A stretch of 64,000 nucleotides of DNA from an uncultured Chloroflexia bacterium (lineage in GTDB: Bacteria > Chloroflexota > Limnocylindria > Limnocylindrales > CSP1-4), in assembly GCA_963809595.1 (NCBI GenBank), contig CAWEKG010000003.1, forward strand, positions 291,749 to 355,748. The letters are read 5' to 3'. Both the position numbers and the translations under genes were made by a program. Of the stretch, positions 1-10,669 are shown one piece after another. The notes below the pieces were generated by a model. That model was not told where the DNA came from. It ran no database searches and saw only the letters and a list, made by a program, of their open reading frames with translations. Numbering within the stretch: the stretch's first letter is position 1; every line of letters starts with the position of its first letter.

Positions 1-72
1 TCGGTCGAGATCCGGCCGATCTTGGAGATGCCGGCGGGCGTCGCCGTCGAGGCCATTGGCGCCGCCGGCTGA
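1..72 (+). CDS. 3' end of an upstream gene (partial), ending ...[18 protein letters not shown]
   Basis: The frame is open from the window edge to a TGA at 70-72. This stop overlaps the start of the sigma factor, suggesting co-transcription. The product is unknown; it may be a YCII-like partner of ECF42 sigma factors. Confidence 0.3.
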   Translation, partial: SVEIRPILEMPAGVAVEAIGAAG

Positions 73-1321
73 CGCGAGGTCAGTCGTCGACCGCCTGTTC
101 CGCGAGGAATCAGGTCGGGCCGTCGCGACCCTCATCCGGCTGACCGGTGACTTCGATCTGGCCGAGGACGCGGTCCAGGAGGCATTCATCGTCGCCCTGG
201 AGCGCTGGCCGCGCGACGGACTGCCCCGGAACCCCGGCGCCTGGATCACGACGACCGCCCGGAACCGGGCGATCGACCGCCTCCGTCGAGCCAGGCGGCT
301 GGCCGATAAGGAAGCGCTCCTCGCCAGGGAGGCGGAGCTCACGGCCGAGCTGGCGACGATCGAGCCGGGAGATGAGCAGGAGATGAGCCCGATCGCCGAC
401 GATCGACTCCGGCTCATCTTCACCTGCTGCCATCCGGCCCTGCCGATCGAGGCCCAGGTCGGGCTGACCCTGCGGACCCTCGGCGGTCTCACCACGCCCG
501 AGATCGCCCGGGCGTTCCTGGTCCCCGAGCCCACCCTGGCCCAGCGCCTGGTCCGGGCCAAGAAGAAGATCCGTGACGCCGGGATCCCCTACCGGGTCCC
601 GCCGGACCATCTCCTGCCCGAGCGTCTGGACGCCGTCCTGCGGGTCATCTACCTCGTCTTCAACGAGGGTTATGCCGCGTCGTCCGGGGACGCCCTCGTC
701 CGTCGCGAGCTGTGCGGCGAGGCGATCCGTCTCGGCCGGGTCCTCGTCGAGCTCATGCCGGACGAGCCGGAGGCGCTCGGTCTCCTCGCCCTGATGCTTC
801 TCCACGATGCCCGGCGGGAGGCGCGGGTAGGGTCCGATGGGGCCATCGTCCTCCTCGAGGAGCAGGACCGGTTGCGCTGGGACCGCGGCCGGATCGAGGA
901 GGGCTCGACGCTCGTCCAACGCGCCCTGCGGATGCGCCGGCCCGGCCCCTACCAGCTCCAGGCCGCGATCGCCGCGGTCCACGACGAAGCGTCCACCCCC
1001 GACGAGACCGACTGGGCCCAGATCGCCCTGCTCTACGACGCCCTCCTGGCCCTCGACTCGTCGCCCGTCGTGGAGCTGAACCGGGCGGTGGCGGTGGCCA
1101 TGGTCGACGGACCGGAGCGCGGGCTGGCGCTCATGGACGGGCTGGTGGACGGGGGCCGTCTCGAGGACTACCACCTCCTGCACGCGGCCCGGGCAGACCT
1201 GCTCCGTCGTCTCGATCGGCCCGCCGACGCGTCCCGGGCCTACGCGCGCGCTCTCGAGCTGGCCGGTAACGAGGCCGAGCGGGACTTCCTCATGCGCCGC
1301 CTCGCCGAGGTCCGGGGCTAG
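56..1321 (+). CDS. ECF-family RNA polymerase sigma factor with a long C-terminal extension (ECF42-like)
   Basis: The N-terminus has sigma-70 region 2 and region 4 motifs ([33 protein letters not shown]). An IYLVFNEGY motif and a ~230-aa helical/TPR-like tail are typical of ECF42/DUF6596 sigma factors. The start is TTG at 56. Confidence 0.8.
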   Translation: MAPPADARSVVDRLFREESGRAVATLIRLTGDFDLAEDAVQEAFIVALERWPRDGLPRNPGAWITTTARNRAIDRLRRARRLADKEALLAREAELTAELATIEPGDEQEMSPIADDRLRLIFTCCHPALPIEAQVGLTLRTLGGLTTPEIARAFLVPEPTLAQRLVRAKKKIRDAGIPYRVPPDHLLPERLDAVLRVIYLVFNEGYAASSGDALVRRELCGEAIRLGRVLVELMPDEPEALGLLALMLLHDARREARVGSDGAIVLLEEQDRLRWDRGRIEEGSTLVQRALRMRRPGPYQLQAAIAAVHDEASTPDETDWAQIALLYDALLALDSSPVVELNRAVAVAMVDGPERGLALMDGLVDGGRLEDYHLLHAARADLLRRLDRPADASRAYARALELAGNEAERDFLMRRLAEVRG

Positions 1322-1420
1322 CGCCCGACGACGACGACGGTCGGCCGTGGGCCGACGACCACGGATGACGCGACCGGCGTCGTGCCGACCCCTTGTCGCC
1401 GACCCGGCTCGGATGCGACG

Positions 1421-2476
1421 ATGTGTCGCGTGACGACGTCCTCCGTCGCCGAGCAGATCGGCGTCCGTCTCCGCGTCCCGTTCCTCGCGGCGTGCGTCCT
1501 GATCGCTGCGGTCCTCACGGTCCCGTGGGTCGCCTACCTCACGCCCGCCGCCGAGTCCTCACTCCTGACCAACGTCTATAACCCAGGGATGGGCCAGTTC
1601 CGGGCCATCGACGACGCCCTCTACAAGGCGCTCCTCTTCGGCCTGCTGGTCTACGTCCTGTGGGCGACGCGCTTCATCCGCGAGCGAAGCCGAGCGACCG
1701 CGACGGCGGTCGGCACGCTCGTGGACGATGCACCGGCCACCTTCGAGCGTGCCTTCCGATCCGCCGGCCGGATCCTCCCGCCGATCGTCGCTGCGCTGGC
1801 CATGCTCAGCGTCTACTTCGTCGACGCGATCCGCCAGGGTCGGCTCGTCGAGCCTGACATGCTCCCCGCCTATCTCGCGGACCTGGTCATGGTGGCCTGC
1901 CGGTTCGTGATCATGTTCAGCTTCGTGTGGGCCTACTTCGCCTCGGTCTGGGGACTCGCCAACGTCTGCGGCCGGCCGCTCCACATGGCGCCCTACTTCC
2001 GGGATCCGTTGCTCGGGACCCGGCCGCTCGGCTCGCTCTCGCTGTCCCTGGCGAGCGCCTTCCTCGTAGGGCTGGTGCTCAGCGCGGTCTGGGTCGCAGC
2101 CGGCGCGGCGACTCCCGCGCTCTTCGGGCTCACCTTCGGCGTCATGACCGTCGGCGTGGTCCTGTTCTTCCTGCCGCTGAACGCGGTCCATGTCCAGATG
2201 GCCGCCCAGAAGCGTCGCGAGTCCGACATCCTGGCGGGCCGCTACGAGGAGCTGTTCATCGGCCAGACCGGCGGACCGGCCGGAGCGGGACGGCAGACGG
2301 GTCTCGAGGACGTCCGGGCGGCCGTCGGCTTCCGCGTCGTCCGCGATCAGGTCGGGACGATCCGGACCTGGCCGTTCGACACGGCGATCCTCGCCCGGCT
2401 GGCGACCTCGTTCTTCCTGCCGATCGTCCTCACGATCGTGGGTCGCCAGGCGGTCCTCGTGGTGCTGGGCCTCTAG
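1421..2476 (+). CDS. polytopic integral membrane protein, function unknown
   Basis: Multiple hydrophobic helices and no recognisable catalytic motifs. The start is ambiguous, between 1382 and 1583. It lies downstream of the ECF sigma factor. Confidence 0.5.
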   Translation: MCRVTTSSVAEQIGVRLRVPFLAACVLIAAVLTVPWVAYLTPAAESSLLTNVYNPGMGQFRAIDDALYKALLFGLLVYVLWATRFIRERSRATATAVGTLVDDAPATFERAFRSAGRILPPIVAALAMLSVYFVDAIRQGRLVEPDMLPAYLADLVMVACRFVIMFSFVWAYFASVWGLANVCGRPLHMAPYFRDPLLGTRPLGSLSLSLASAFLVGLVLSAVWVAAGAATPALFGLTFGVMTVGVVLFFLPLNAVHVQMAAQKRRESDILAGRYEELFIGQTGGPAGAGRQTGLEDVRAAVGFRVVRDQVGTIRTWPFDTAILARLATSFFLPIVLTIVGRQAVLVVLGL

Positions 2477-2582
2477 CGGCAGGTTTGCTATCCTGCGGCC
2501 GGGGGTCGTCCCGAGCCCCCATCCTTCGCCGCGCTGGCAGGCTCGGCCCCCGACCCCTTGACCGACCCGAGGGAGACGCCCG

Positions 2583-4595
2583 ATGTCCTCGCTCCACAGA
2601 ACCCTCGACCGGGCGGCCGTCGCGACGCTGCTGGCGGCCCTTCTTCTCCCGGCGGCCCTCGTCCAGGCCGCGACCGGACCCGGCGCGGTCACCGGCACGC
2701 TGACCTCCGAGGACCCGATCACGCTCAGCTCGAGCGCGGTCGCGGTCGTCGTCCTGGTCGACCAGTCATCGGGGCCGGCCGCCGGCACGATCATCGGTCT
2801 CCAGCGGATCAATGCGCCGGGCAGCGTCCCCATCGCCTTCAGCGTGCCCTACGACCAGGGCGCCATCCAGACGCTGGGCGCCTACGCGATCTTCGCCTCG
2901 ATCCAGGACGGCCCCAAGGTCTGGCAGAACCTGGCCGGCGTCCCGGTCATCACCGGAGGGCCCACGAGCGGGGTAGCCGTCCCGATGCAGGCGGTCCCCT
3001 CCTCGCCACCGGCCCAGGTCAGCGGGACGATCACCCGGACCGACTTGACAGCCCTCAGCCCGAACGCCGTGGCGGTCGCGGCGCTCGTCAAGACCGAAAC
3101 CGGTACCGTCGTCGGCAGCCAGGTCGTCACGGCGCCGGCCGCGAACAGCATCCCCTTCGCGATCGGCTACGACCCGGCCCTCGTCGACCCGGCGGCGGCC
3201 TACGTGGTCCGTGCCGCGATCGTCGACGCGCCTTCGGCGTGGAGCGGCGGCGCGGGGGTCGCGGTCATCACCGGCGGTGCGCCGACGAGCGGAGTCACCC
3301 TGCCGGTGACCGTGTCCACGGTCACCATCCCGACGCCTCAACCGACGGTGACGCCACCACCCACCCCGACGCCTCCACCGACGGCGACGCCGAGGCCCAC
3401 GACGAAGCCGAGCGCCTCGCCCAAACCGACTCCGACCGCTACGCCCCAGCCGACTCCGACCGCGACGCCCACGCCGGCGCCGACCGCCAGTCCGACTCCG
3501 GCGCCGACCGCCACACCGGCGCCGACCCCGAGCCCCAGCCCGACCCCGACCCCGACCGAGGCCCCCAGCGTCTCGGTCGCGCCGAGCGCCACGACGTCCC
3601 CGGCGGCTTCGCCGACCCCGTCATCCGGCACGGTGACCGGCACCCTGGTCTACGCCGAGCCGGCGACGCTCTCGGCCGATGCCCGGGCGGTGGTCCTCCT
3701 CGTCGCCGGGACGACCGCGGCGACCACCGAGACGATCGTCGGCAGCCAGATCATCTCGCCGACCGGTCAGCAGCCGATCGCGTTCAGCGTCGGCTACCAG
3801 ACCGCCGATATCGATCCCGACTTGACCTACACGATCCAGGCCGAGATCCAGGACGGCGATCACGTCTGGGCGACCACGAAGGGCGTGAAGGTCCTGACCC
3901 AGGGGAACCCATCGACCGGGGTCACCGTGAAGCTGGCCCTGCGCGCGGACCTGCTCAAGGGTGAGGTCACCGGGCAGATCACCGGCGTCGGGATCCAGCT
4001 TGAACCGGGCGCCTACTCGGCCGCCGTCCTCATCCGCGTCGACACCGGCGAGAGCCTCGGGGTGGACGCGAACGCGGCGCCGACGACCGTCCCGATCCCG
4101 TTCTCGATCGCCTTCGACCCCGCCACGATCGACCCGAACGCCGACTACGTGGTCCGAGCCGAGATCGTCTCGGGGACGCGGCGCTGGGAGGACACCACCG
4201 GCGTGCCGGTCGTCACGAAGGGGAACCAGCTGACCGGCGTCTCGGTCCCGGTGACCGAGGTCCAGCCCCCCTCGCCGAGCCCGTCCGCGAGCCCTGCCCC
4301 GGCCCCGACCGAGACCGGCGGCGGTACATCGAACTGGCTCATCCTGCTCGTGATCATCCTCGGGATCGCCCTGGCCGCGGCGGTCTACCTGTGGTACCGG
4401 GCGCGGAACCCGGCCGGCGGGCCGCCGGCCGGAGGAGCGGCGGCGACGGGAGCCGCTGCGGCCGGTGCCGCAGCGGCCGATGCGACGGCGCCCGGCGAGA
4501 CGCCGTCGGATGGCCAGGAGGCCGAAGCCGGGGACTCGGAGCCCGAGGTCGACGTCACCCCACCAGACGTCGGGACACCGGGGTCGGCCGGCTGA
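2583..4595 (+). CDS. surface-anchored protein with four tandem YbaY-like ~130-aa domains, a Pro/Thr-rich linker, a C-terminal TM helix and an acidic tail
   Basis: It has a signal peptide ([16 protein letters not shown]). Four repeats of the pattern ...LVD.S...GTIIG.Q.I....PI.FS..YD...I.....Y.I.A.I.DG...W... resemble the E. coli YbaY lipoprotein domain. A ~100-aa PTPTPT linker falls at 3340-3650. A TM segment ([21 protein letters not shown]) is followed by a D/E-rich tail. The RBS GAGGGAGA precedes the ATG. Confidence 0.75.
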   Translation: MSSLHRTLDRAAVATLLAALLLPAALVQAATGPGAVTGTLTSEDPITLSSSAVAVVVLVDQSSGPAAGTIIGLQRINAPGSVPIAFSVPYDQGAIQTLGAYAIFASIQDGPKVWQNLAGVPVITGGPTSGVAVPMQAVPSSPPAQVSGTITRTDLTALSPNAVAVAALVKTETGTVVGSQVVTAPAANSIPFAIGYDPALVDPAAAYVVRAAIVDAPSAWSGGAGVAVITGGAPTSGVTLPVTVSTVTIPTPQPTVTPPPTPTPPPTATPRPTTKPSASPKPTPTATPQPTPTATPTPAPTASPTPAPTATPAPTPSPSPTPTPTEAPSVSVAPSATTSPAASPTPSSGTVTGTLVYAEPATLSADARAVVLLVAGTTAATTETIVGSQIISPTGQQPIAFSVGYQTADIDPDLTYTIQAEIQDGDHVWATTKGVKVLTQGNPSTGVTVKLALRADLLKGEVTGQITGVGIQLEPGAYSAAVLIRVDTGESLGVDANAAPTTVPIPFSIAFDPATIDPNADYVVRAEIVSGTRRWEDTTGVPVVTKGNQLTGVSVPVTEVQPPSPSPSASPAPAPTETGGGTSNWLILLVIILGIALAAAVYLWYRARNPAGGPPAGGAAATGAAAAGAAAADATAPGETPSDGQEAEAGDSEPEVDVTPPDVGTPGSAG

Positions 4596-4727
4596 GACGG
4601 GTCGCCGAGCCCGGCCGCGGGAGTACGATGGAGCCCAGCCGGCGAACTCGGGATCGAGGCCTCGGACCCCGGTCCTGACCTCGGGCCGTGGACCGGACGA
4701 GCGACGCCGGCCGGACGGAGGTCGTCG

Positions 4728-5063
4728 ATGCGCGCTCGAGTGAGTCTCGTCCTCGCGGTCGCGCTGAGCCTGTCGGCCTGCGGTGGGTCGAGTCCGTCGG
4801 TGTCGCCCAGCGCGCCGTCGTCGTCGTCCGCCGCGTCGGGGGCGCCGGCCCAGAGCGCGGGACCGGGCGCGAGCCTCACCGCCTCGGCCGGTCCGTCGAT
4901 CCCGCCGGCGGGCACGATCTACATCATCCGCAAGGGCGACACCCTGTACGCGATCGCCCGGAGGTTCCACCTCACGCTGAAGGCGCTCCGGGCGGCGAAC
5001 CCGTCGGTCACCGACCCAACGAAGATCCGGATCGGGCAGAAGCTGGTCATCCCCGCGCCGTAG
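4728..5063 (+). CDS. LysM domain lipoprotein
   Basis: Signal peptide with lipobox LSAC, an S/A-rich linker, and a C-terminal LysM motif (YIIRKGDTLYAIARRFHLTLKALRAANP...IRIGQKLVIP). Confidence 0.85.
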   Translation: MRARVSLVLAVALSLSACGGSSPSVSPSAPSSSSAASGAPAQSAGPGASLTASAGPSIPPAGTIYIIRKGDTLYAIARRFHLTLKALRAANPSVTDPTKIRIGQKLVIPAP

Positions 5064-5070
5064 GGCACCC

Positions 5071-5535
5071 TCAGCCGACCGATCGGGGGCTCCGCCACGA
5101 CGTGTACCGCGGCGGCCAGGCGTCCGCGTCGGGCCGCTCCCCGAGCACGGCATGGTCGATCGAGAACTCGAACAGCCGATAGCCGTCGTCGACCTCGAAG
5201 GACCAGGCGCCGGCGGCCGCGGCCCGGAAGTTCGGGTCCATCACCTCGCTGGCCCGACCGCGGACGAGGAACTCGCTCGGCTCGGTCGCGTCCTGGTGGG
5301 CGTGCAGGGCATACCGACCGTCGGCAGCGAGATCCCCGACCTTGGCCGAGCCGACGATGAGGAACGACACCAGGCGTCCCCCCACGATGGCCACGTAGAC
5401 GGGGTTGATCCGGGGCGGCGCGTCCGCCCGGACCGTGGCCAGGAGCGCCTCGCCGATCCCGGTCCGCTCGATGAGCCTGCGTCCGGTCGCTGCGATGCCC
5501 GGCGCCGCGGTCGCGAACTCGTCCCAGGTGACCAT
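5071..5535 (-). CDS. pyridoxamine 5'-phosphate oxidase-family (PNPOx-like, possibly F420-dependent) protein
   Basis: PNPOx-fold signature segments (INPVYVAIVGGRLVSF..., GRYALHAH...EFLVRGRA). The internal Met at MVTWDEF is the likely start. Confidence 0.6.
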   Translation of the reverse strand: MVTWDEFATAAPGIAATGRRLIERTGIGEALLATVRADAPPRINPVYVAIVGGRLVSFLIVGSAKVGDLAADGRYALHAHQDATEPSEFLVRGRASEVMDPNFRAAAAGAWSFEVDDGYRLFEFSIDHAVLGERPDADAWPPRYTSWRSPRSVG

Positions 5536-5737
5536 CGGCTCGACCTCCCTTCTCGTTCTCGTCGCGCTCAGCGTATGGCCTGCAGCGTCCGGTCGGCGCG
5601 GGACCTGCCACTGGCCGCCCGGCAATGGGTCAGCCGGCCCTGTTCCCGGTCGATGTCACGTGACAGGGTGACCCCCGAACGGCGTCCACTCACCGCCCGG
5701 CATCGGCCGGCGGCGACCGACCGGCTGATCGGAGGCC

Positions 5738-6595
5738 ATGGTGACCGAGCGGAAACGGATGACGCTCCCCGGGTTGTTCGCCAAGGTGTCGGACGGGACG
5801 CCGATCACCTGGTTGACCTGCTACGACTACCCGACCGCCCATTTCCAGGACCTGGCGGGGATCGACATGATCCTCGTCGGGGACAGCCTTGGCATGACGA
5901 TGCTCGGGTACGACAGCACCCTGCCGGTGACGATGGACGACATGATCCGGCACACCGCCGCGGTCCGGCGCGGGGCGCCCAACGCCTGGCTCGTCGGCGA
6001 CATGCCGTACATGAGCTACCAGCCCAGCGTCGAGACGGCGATCCGCAACGCCGGCCGGTTCATGGCCGAGACGGGCTGCGACTCGGTCAAGCTGGAGGGC
6101 GGCGCGGAGATGGCCGACCGGGTCGCCGGGATCGCCCGGGCGGGGATCCCGGTCATCGGTCACCTGGGGCTCACCCCACAGAGCGTGAGCGCCCTGGGCG
6201 GGTTCCGGCTCCAGGGTAAGGGCGCAGCGCAGGCGAAGAAGATGGTCGACGACGCCAAGGCGCTCGAGGCCGCCGGCGCCTTCTGCATCCTCCTGGAGCT
6301 GGTGCCCGACCGGGTCTGCCGGCTCATCACGGAGCGTGCCGAGCACTGCATCATCATGAGCCTCGGCTCCGGACCGCACGCCCACGGCCAGCTGCTCATC
6401 TACCACGACGCCTTCGGCCTCTACCCCAAGTTCACCCCGCGGATGGCCCGCGTCTTCGCCGACGCCGGGGCGGTGATCCGCGAGGGTCTCGACGGCTACG
6501 TGCGCGAGGTCACCGAGCGGACCTTCCCGGGACCGGAGAACTGGTTCGGGATGAAGGACGAGGAGTACGACGAGCTGGTGAGGTTGCTGGGATGA
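5738..6595 (+). CDS. panB: 3-methyl-2-oxobutanoate hydroxymethyltransferase (ketopantoate hydroxymethyltransferase)
   Basis: Canonical PanB motifs: TCYDYPTA, DSVKLEGG, GIPVIGHLGLTPQS. Length ~285 aa. Confidence 0.9.
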   Translation: MVTERKRMTLPGLFAKVSDGTPITWLTCYDYPTAHFQDLAGIDMILVGDSLGMTMLGYDSTLPVTMDDMIRHTAAVRRGAPNAWLVGDMPYMSYQPSVETAIRNAGRFMAETGCDSVKLEGGAEMADRVAGIARAGIPVIGHLGLTPQSVSALGGFRLQGKGAAQAKKMVDDAKALEAAGAFCILLELVPDRVCRLITERAEHCIIMSLGSGPHAHGQLLIYHDAFGLYPKFTPRMARVFADAGAVIREGLDGYVREVTERTFPGPENWFGMKDEEYDELVRLLG

Positions 6596-7860
6596 CGGCC
6601 CCCGATATCCGCCAGCGACTCGCGATCCCGACGTCCCGCCTCGACGACCTCAACGCGTTCCTGCTCGATCCCGATACCCAGGTCGTCAACGACGTGCTCG
6701 AGGTCGTCGCTCGCTACGGGACACCCGAGGAGATCAACCGCCGGGCGCGTGAGGCAGGTCGGTTGCCCGCCCTGCTCGAGCGGGTCCGGGCGACGAACCC
6801 TGCCCATCTCGCCGACCTCGAGTGGCTGGCCGCCGAGCGCGACCGCGGCGCCTTCGTGTCGGTGGCCGACTACCGCCGCGGGATCCTCGGGGCCGCGGCC
6901 GACAGCGCGACCTTCCGGGACGACCTGGCGGTCACCCTTGAGGTAAGCGCGCTCCAGTACTTCCCGTGGGTCATCGCGGCCGCCCGACGGGCGATCGAGG
7001 CGCGGTCGCTCATGCCCGCCCGCTGGATCCAGGTGCGCCGGATGAAGGAGCAGGAGGCCGACGGCGACCTCCCGGCGATCGCCGCGGCGATGGCGATCAT
7101 CGGCGCGAGCTACGTCGAGACGCTCGACACGAAGGGCACCGACGGCTCGAACATCCATCTCGGCGGCCCGGCCACCATCACCGGCTACTTCGGCGGGATC
7201 GGCGAGCCGAACGATCATCCGCTCCTCTGGCTGGACGAGTTCCTCCACTACTACACCGAGTACGGCGTCCGCCAGGTCCTGAACATCAACCCGGGCACGG
7301 TGCTGGCGGGCTACATCCTCCATCGCCTCGGTGTCGACATCGAGTTCAAGATCTCCGTCTTCATGGGCAACGACAACCCGTTCGCCGGGATGTGGACCCT
7401 GATCGGAGCGAAGCTCTTCGCCCGGGAAGACGGGACCTCGGCCCTGGTCGGCTTCAACTGGGGCAATTCGGTCGACAACCGGACCCTGGAGATCACCTCC
7501 GGGATCCGTAGGGCGCTCGGGTTCGAGGATGTCGTCCGCTTCGAGCACCACATCACCGAGACCTGGAAGAGCATCGTCATCCAGCCATACGACCGGCGGG
7601 CCGAGCTCTGCGAGCTGGCGGTGCGGGTCCCCAACATCTCGGCCAAGCACGAGGGCGGCGACCCCGAGGTCGACGGCCACCGCGACCACCCGTCGGACAT
7701 CCTCGACTACTTCCGGGAGAAGGACGAGGTGGTCGCGAGCGGCGACTGGGACGCCCTCCAGCTCAACTTCATGGACAAGGTCGATGCGGCGAACCACACC
7801 GCCCGTGCCCTGACCGAGCACGGTCTGAGCTTCGTCGCCGCGAGCGCCCTTCATCGCTGA
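6592..7860 (+). CDS. conserved hypothetical protein (422 aa), translationally coupled to panB
   Basis: The ATG overlaps the panB stop (ATGA). It has a complex, non-repetitive, well-balanced composition, unlike the Arg/Pro-rich antisense artefacts. I could not assign a family (no Rossmann, Cys-cluster or P-loop motifs). Confidence 0.6.
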   Translation: MTAPDIRQRLAIPTSRLDDLNAFLLDPDTQVVNDVLEVVARYGTPEEINRRAREAGRLPALLERVRATNPAHLADLEWLAAERDRGAFVSVADYRRGILGAAADSATFRDDLAVTLEVSALQYFPWVIAAARRAIEARSLMPARWIQVRRMKEQEADGDLPAIAAAMAIIGASYVETLDTKGTDGSNIHLGGPATITGYFGGIGEPNDHPLLWLDEFLHYYTEYGVRQVLNINPGTVLAGYILHRLGVDIEFKISVFMGNDNPFAGMWTLIGAKLFAREDGTSALVGFNWGNSVDNRTLEITSGIRRALGFEDVVRFEHHITETWKSIVIQPYDRRAELCELAVRVPNISAKHEGGDPEVDGHRDHPSDILDYFREKDEVVASGDWDALQLNFMDKVDAANHTARALTEHGLSFVAASALHR

Positions 7861-8053
7861 GCCGCCGACCCCCGAGCGCCGACGCTCGTTTGCGGTGCAT
7901 CGGCACACCGTCCGTTCGCGGCCCTGGCGACCGGCCGCCAAGAAACCGGTCGACACACCCGATTCGCGTGCAGTAGATTCGCGCTCTCAGCGTCCCCCCG
8001 TCGGTCGATGCGGCGCGGCGAACGCTGCCCGCGCGCGAAGAGGAGGAGGAAAC

Positions 8054-9833
8054 GTGGTGTCTCGGCGACGTCTCACGCGCTCGATCCTGGTCTCGATGGC
8101 GGTCTCGGCGCTCCTCGGGAGCCAGATCGCCGCCCTGCCCGTCGCGGCCGCCGGTCCGCGGCACCCGAACGTCCACGGTCGCTACATCGTGGTGGCCAAG
8201 AGCCACGCCGACTTCGCCTCGGCGCGGCGGGCCGCCATCCGCGCCGGCGCGACGATCATCGACGAGATGCCCGCCACGGACACGCTGGTCGTGTCCGGCT
8301 CCGTTGCGACCCACGCGACCATCGCGACCGACAGCTCGGTCCAGGCCGTCGCGCTCGACCACCTCGAGCGGGTCGTCCCGCCCGAGTCGGTCGGGGTCAG
8401 CTCGTTCCACGCCCCGAAGGGTCATAGCGGCGCGCCCGGTAACTCCAAGGTCAAGCCCGACCCGGCGTTCTCGCTCAAGGGCCTGATGTGGGACTTCGGC
8501 CGGATCGGCGCCCAGGACGCCTGGAAGTCGACCCTCGGTCGGTCGTCCGTCCTCGTCGGCGTCGCCGACACGGGTCTCGACTTCACCCACTCGGAGCTCG
8601 CCTCGAAGGTCGTCCACGTCGAGGACTTCACGACGACCGAGGATCCGCCGCTGTGCAAGACCTACTTCGACTACAGCGATGCCGACGCGTCCGCTGAGTT
8701 CGGCGGCCCGGCGAACACCGACTGGAACGGCCACGGCTCGTGGATCGGCGGGAACATCGCCGGGGCCCTCGACGGGGTCGGGATCAACGGGATCGCCCCG
8801 AAGGTCGGGCTCGTCGCGCTCAAGATCGCCCAGTGGTGCGGCTACGCCTACGACTCGACGATCCTCGCCTCGTTCCAGTACGCCGCCGACCACGGGATCA
8901 ACGTCGTCTCGATCTCCTTCGGCGGGTACCTCGACCGGTCGGATCCCGACCAGGAGACGATCTACCAGCAGTACGTGAAGACGGTGGCCTACGCCCGCTC
9001 CAAGGGCACGGTGATCGCAGCCGCGGCCGGCAACGAGCACGTCCGGGTCGGGGCCGGTGGCCGCGTCCTGAGCCACGGCATCCTGTGGATCCCCGGTGAT
9101 GTGCCCGATCCGGTCTCGAACCCGATCGACTACTACGGCCTGTACGAGGTCCCCGGCGGCGTCCCGGGTGTCGTCGACGTCTCGGCGACCGGCAATGTGG
9201 TGGTCGGCAAGTCGGCATCGTGCCCGACCGGGACGTGGGAGACGAGCGACGCGACCTGCAAGCCAGCCTCCGATGCGCATCAGCCGTCGGGCGTGGGTCG
9301 CAAGAACCAGCTCACCTACTACAGCAACTACGGGCCCCGGATCGACGTCGCCGCCCCCGGCGGCGCACGCAAGTTCAACCTGCCGAACGCGGATCGGGGC
9401 GGCACCGGTGGCTTCCCCTACACCGATGCCGACGGGACGACCGCCTACGAGGACTTCGGCATCACCTCGAACTGGGCTCTCCAGATCCCGTGCTGGGTGA
9501 ACCTGGGTCCGCAGTTCTACCCGGACGAGTGCTACTCGAACATCCAGGGCACGTCGATGGCCGCGCCTCACGCCTCGGCCGTCCTGGCCCTGATCGCCAG
9601 CGCTCACCCCGCCCTGGCCCACAGCCCGAGTGCGCTCGTCTGGCTGCTCAAGGCGTCGGCCGACGACATCTCGGGCAACACCACCCGGGCGCTCAGCGCG
9701 ACCGACACGTCGCCCGGCGACCGGACCGGGATCGCCTGCCCGACCGGCTACTGCCACCTCGGCGGTGCCGCCGATCTCGGATCACGAAGCCTACGGGGCC
9801 GGGCTGGTCGACGCCGGAGCCGGCGTCCGCTAG
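8054..9833 (+). CDS. secreted subtilisin-like serine peptidase (S8 family), with a frame disruption near the C-terminus
   Basis: Strong RBS AGGAGGAGGA followed by GTG. It has a signal peptide and the catalytic triad motifs VADTGLD (Asp), HGSWIGG (His) and GTSMAAPH (Ser). The conserved S8 C-terminus ...HEAYGAGLVDAGAGVR* is encoded from 9783 to 9833, one frame off from the body; the shift lies near 9765-9782. Confidence 0.8.
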
Positions 9834-9855
9834 CCCTCCCCTCGTCGCACGCAGT

Positions 9856-9885
9856 GAGAGAGCCGGCCGACAGGCCGGCTCTCTC
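9856..9885. terminator. bidirectional intrinsic-terminator-like hairpin between convergent genes
   Basis: Perfect 13-bp stem GAGAGAGCCGGCC / GGCCGGCTCTCTC with the 4-nt loop GACA. It lies between the protease stop (9833) and the corrinoid-protein stop (9925). The U-tract is weak, as is common at high GC. Confidence 0.55.
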
Positions 9886-9924
9886 GTTCGAGACGACCCG
9901 TCCGGATCGCCCGCTCCGTCGCGG

Positions 9925-10572
9925 TCAGGCTCCCAGGAGCGTCCGGGCGATGTTCACCGCCCCGACCGCGTCCTCGCCGAACCCGTCGGCCCCGATCTCG
10001 TCGGCCCAGGCCGCCGTGACCGGGGCGCCGCCCACGATGACCTTCACGTCGTCGCGGAGGCCGGCCTCGGCGAGTGCGTGGATCACGGCCCGCTGGCCGA
10101 CCATCGTGGTCGTCAGCAGGGCGGAGACGCCGACCACGTTGGCGCCGACCTCGCGGACCTTCTCGACGAAGCGCTCGGGTGCGACGTCGACCCCGAGGTC
10201 GTGGACCTCGAAGCCGTTGGCCGTGAGCATCATCCCGACGAGGTTCTTGCCGATCTCGTGGATGTCGCCCTTGGCGGTGCCGATGACGACCCGGCCGACG
10301 ACCTGGCGGCGGGATGCCCGGGCGAGCATCTCCGGCTCGAGGACCCCGATCGCGGTCTGCATCGCTCGGGCGCCGGCCATCATGTCGGGCAGGAACATCA
10401 CCCCGCAGCGGAAGTCCTCGCCGACCTGGTGGATCCCCGGCACGTACCCCTCATCGATGGCCACGAGCGGGTCGACCCCGTCGGCCAGGGCCTCCCGGGC
10501 CAGCTCGGCGGCCTCGTCAGGATCGCCGTCGATGATGCTCTGGCGCATCGCCGCGAACAGGTCTTCGTTCAT
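9925..10572 (-). CDS. cobalamin-binding corrinoid protein (MtbC/MttC/MtgC-like)
   Basis: N-terminal helical B12-binding cap plus a Rossmann B12-binding domain. The DxHxxG motif is present (GDIHEIGKNLVG). Good RBS CAGGAGG before the ATG at 10572. Length ~215 aa. Confidence 0.85.
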   Translation of the reverse strand: MNEDLFAAMRQSIIDGDPDEAAELAREALADGVDPLVAIDEGYVPGIHQVGEDFRCGVMFLPDMMAGARAMQTAIGVLEPEMLARASRRQVVGRVVIGTAKGDIHEIGKNLVGMMLTANGFEVHDLGVDVAPERFVEKVREVGANVVGVSALLTTTMVGQRAVIHALAEAGLRDDVKVIVGGAPVTAAWADEIGADGFGEDAVGAVNIARTLLGA

Positions 10573-10669
10573 GGTCGGAGCCTCCTGGGGGTGGGTTGAC
10601 GAGGGTGTCCCGTCCCGGTGACGTCCGGGTGGGACCTGGGGGGCCGGGCGCTGCGCCCGCACGGATCGT

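Noticed and set aside
3340-3650. Tandem short repeats (CCGACNCCGAC...) as a possible CRISPR-like or satellite array
   Set aside because: They are in frame and encode the Pro/Thr-rich linker of the surface protein. They have no regular spacer/repeat periodicity, and no cas genes are present.
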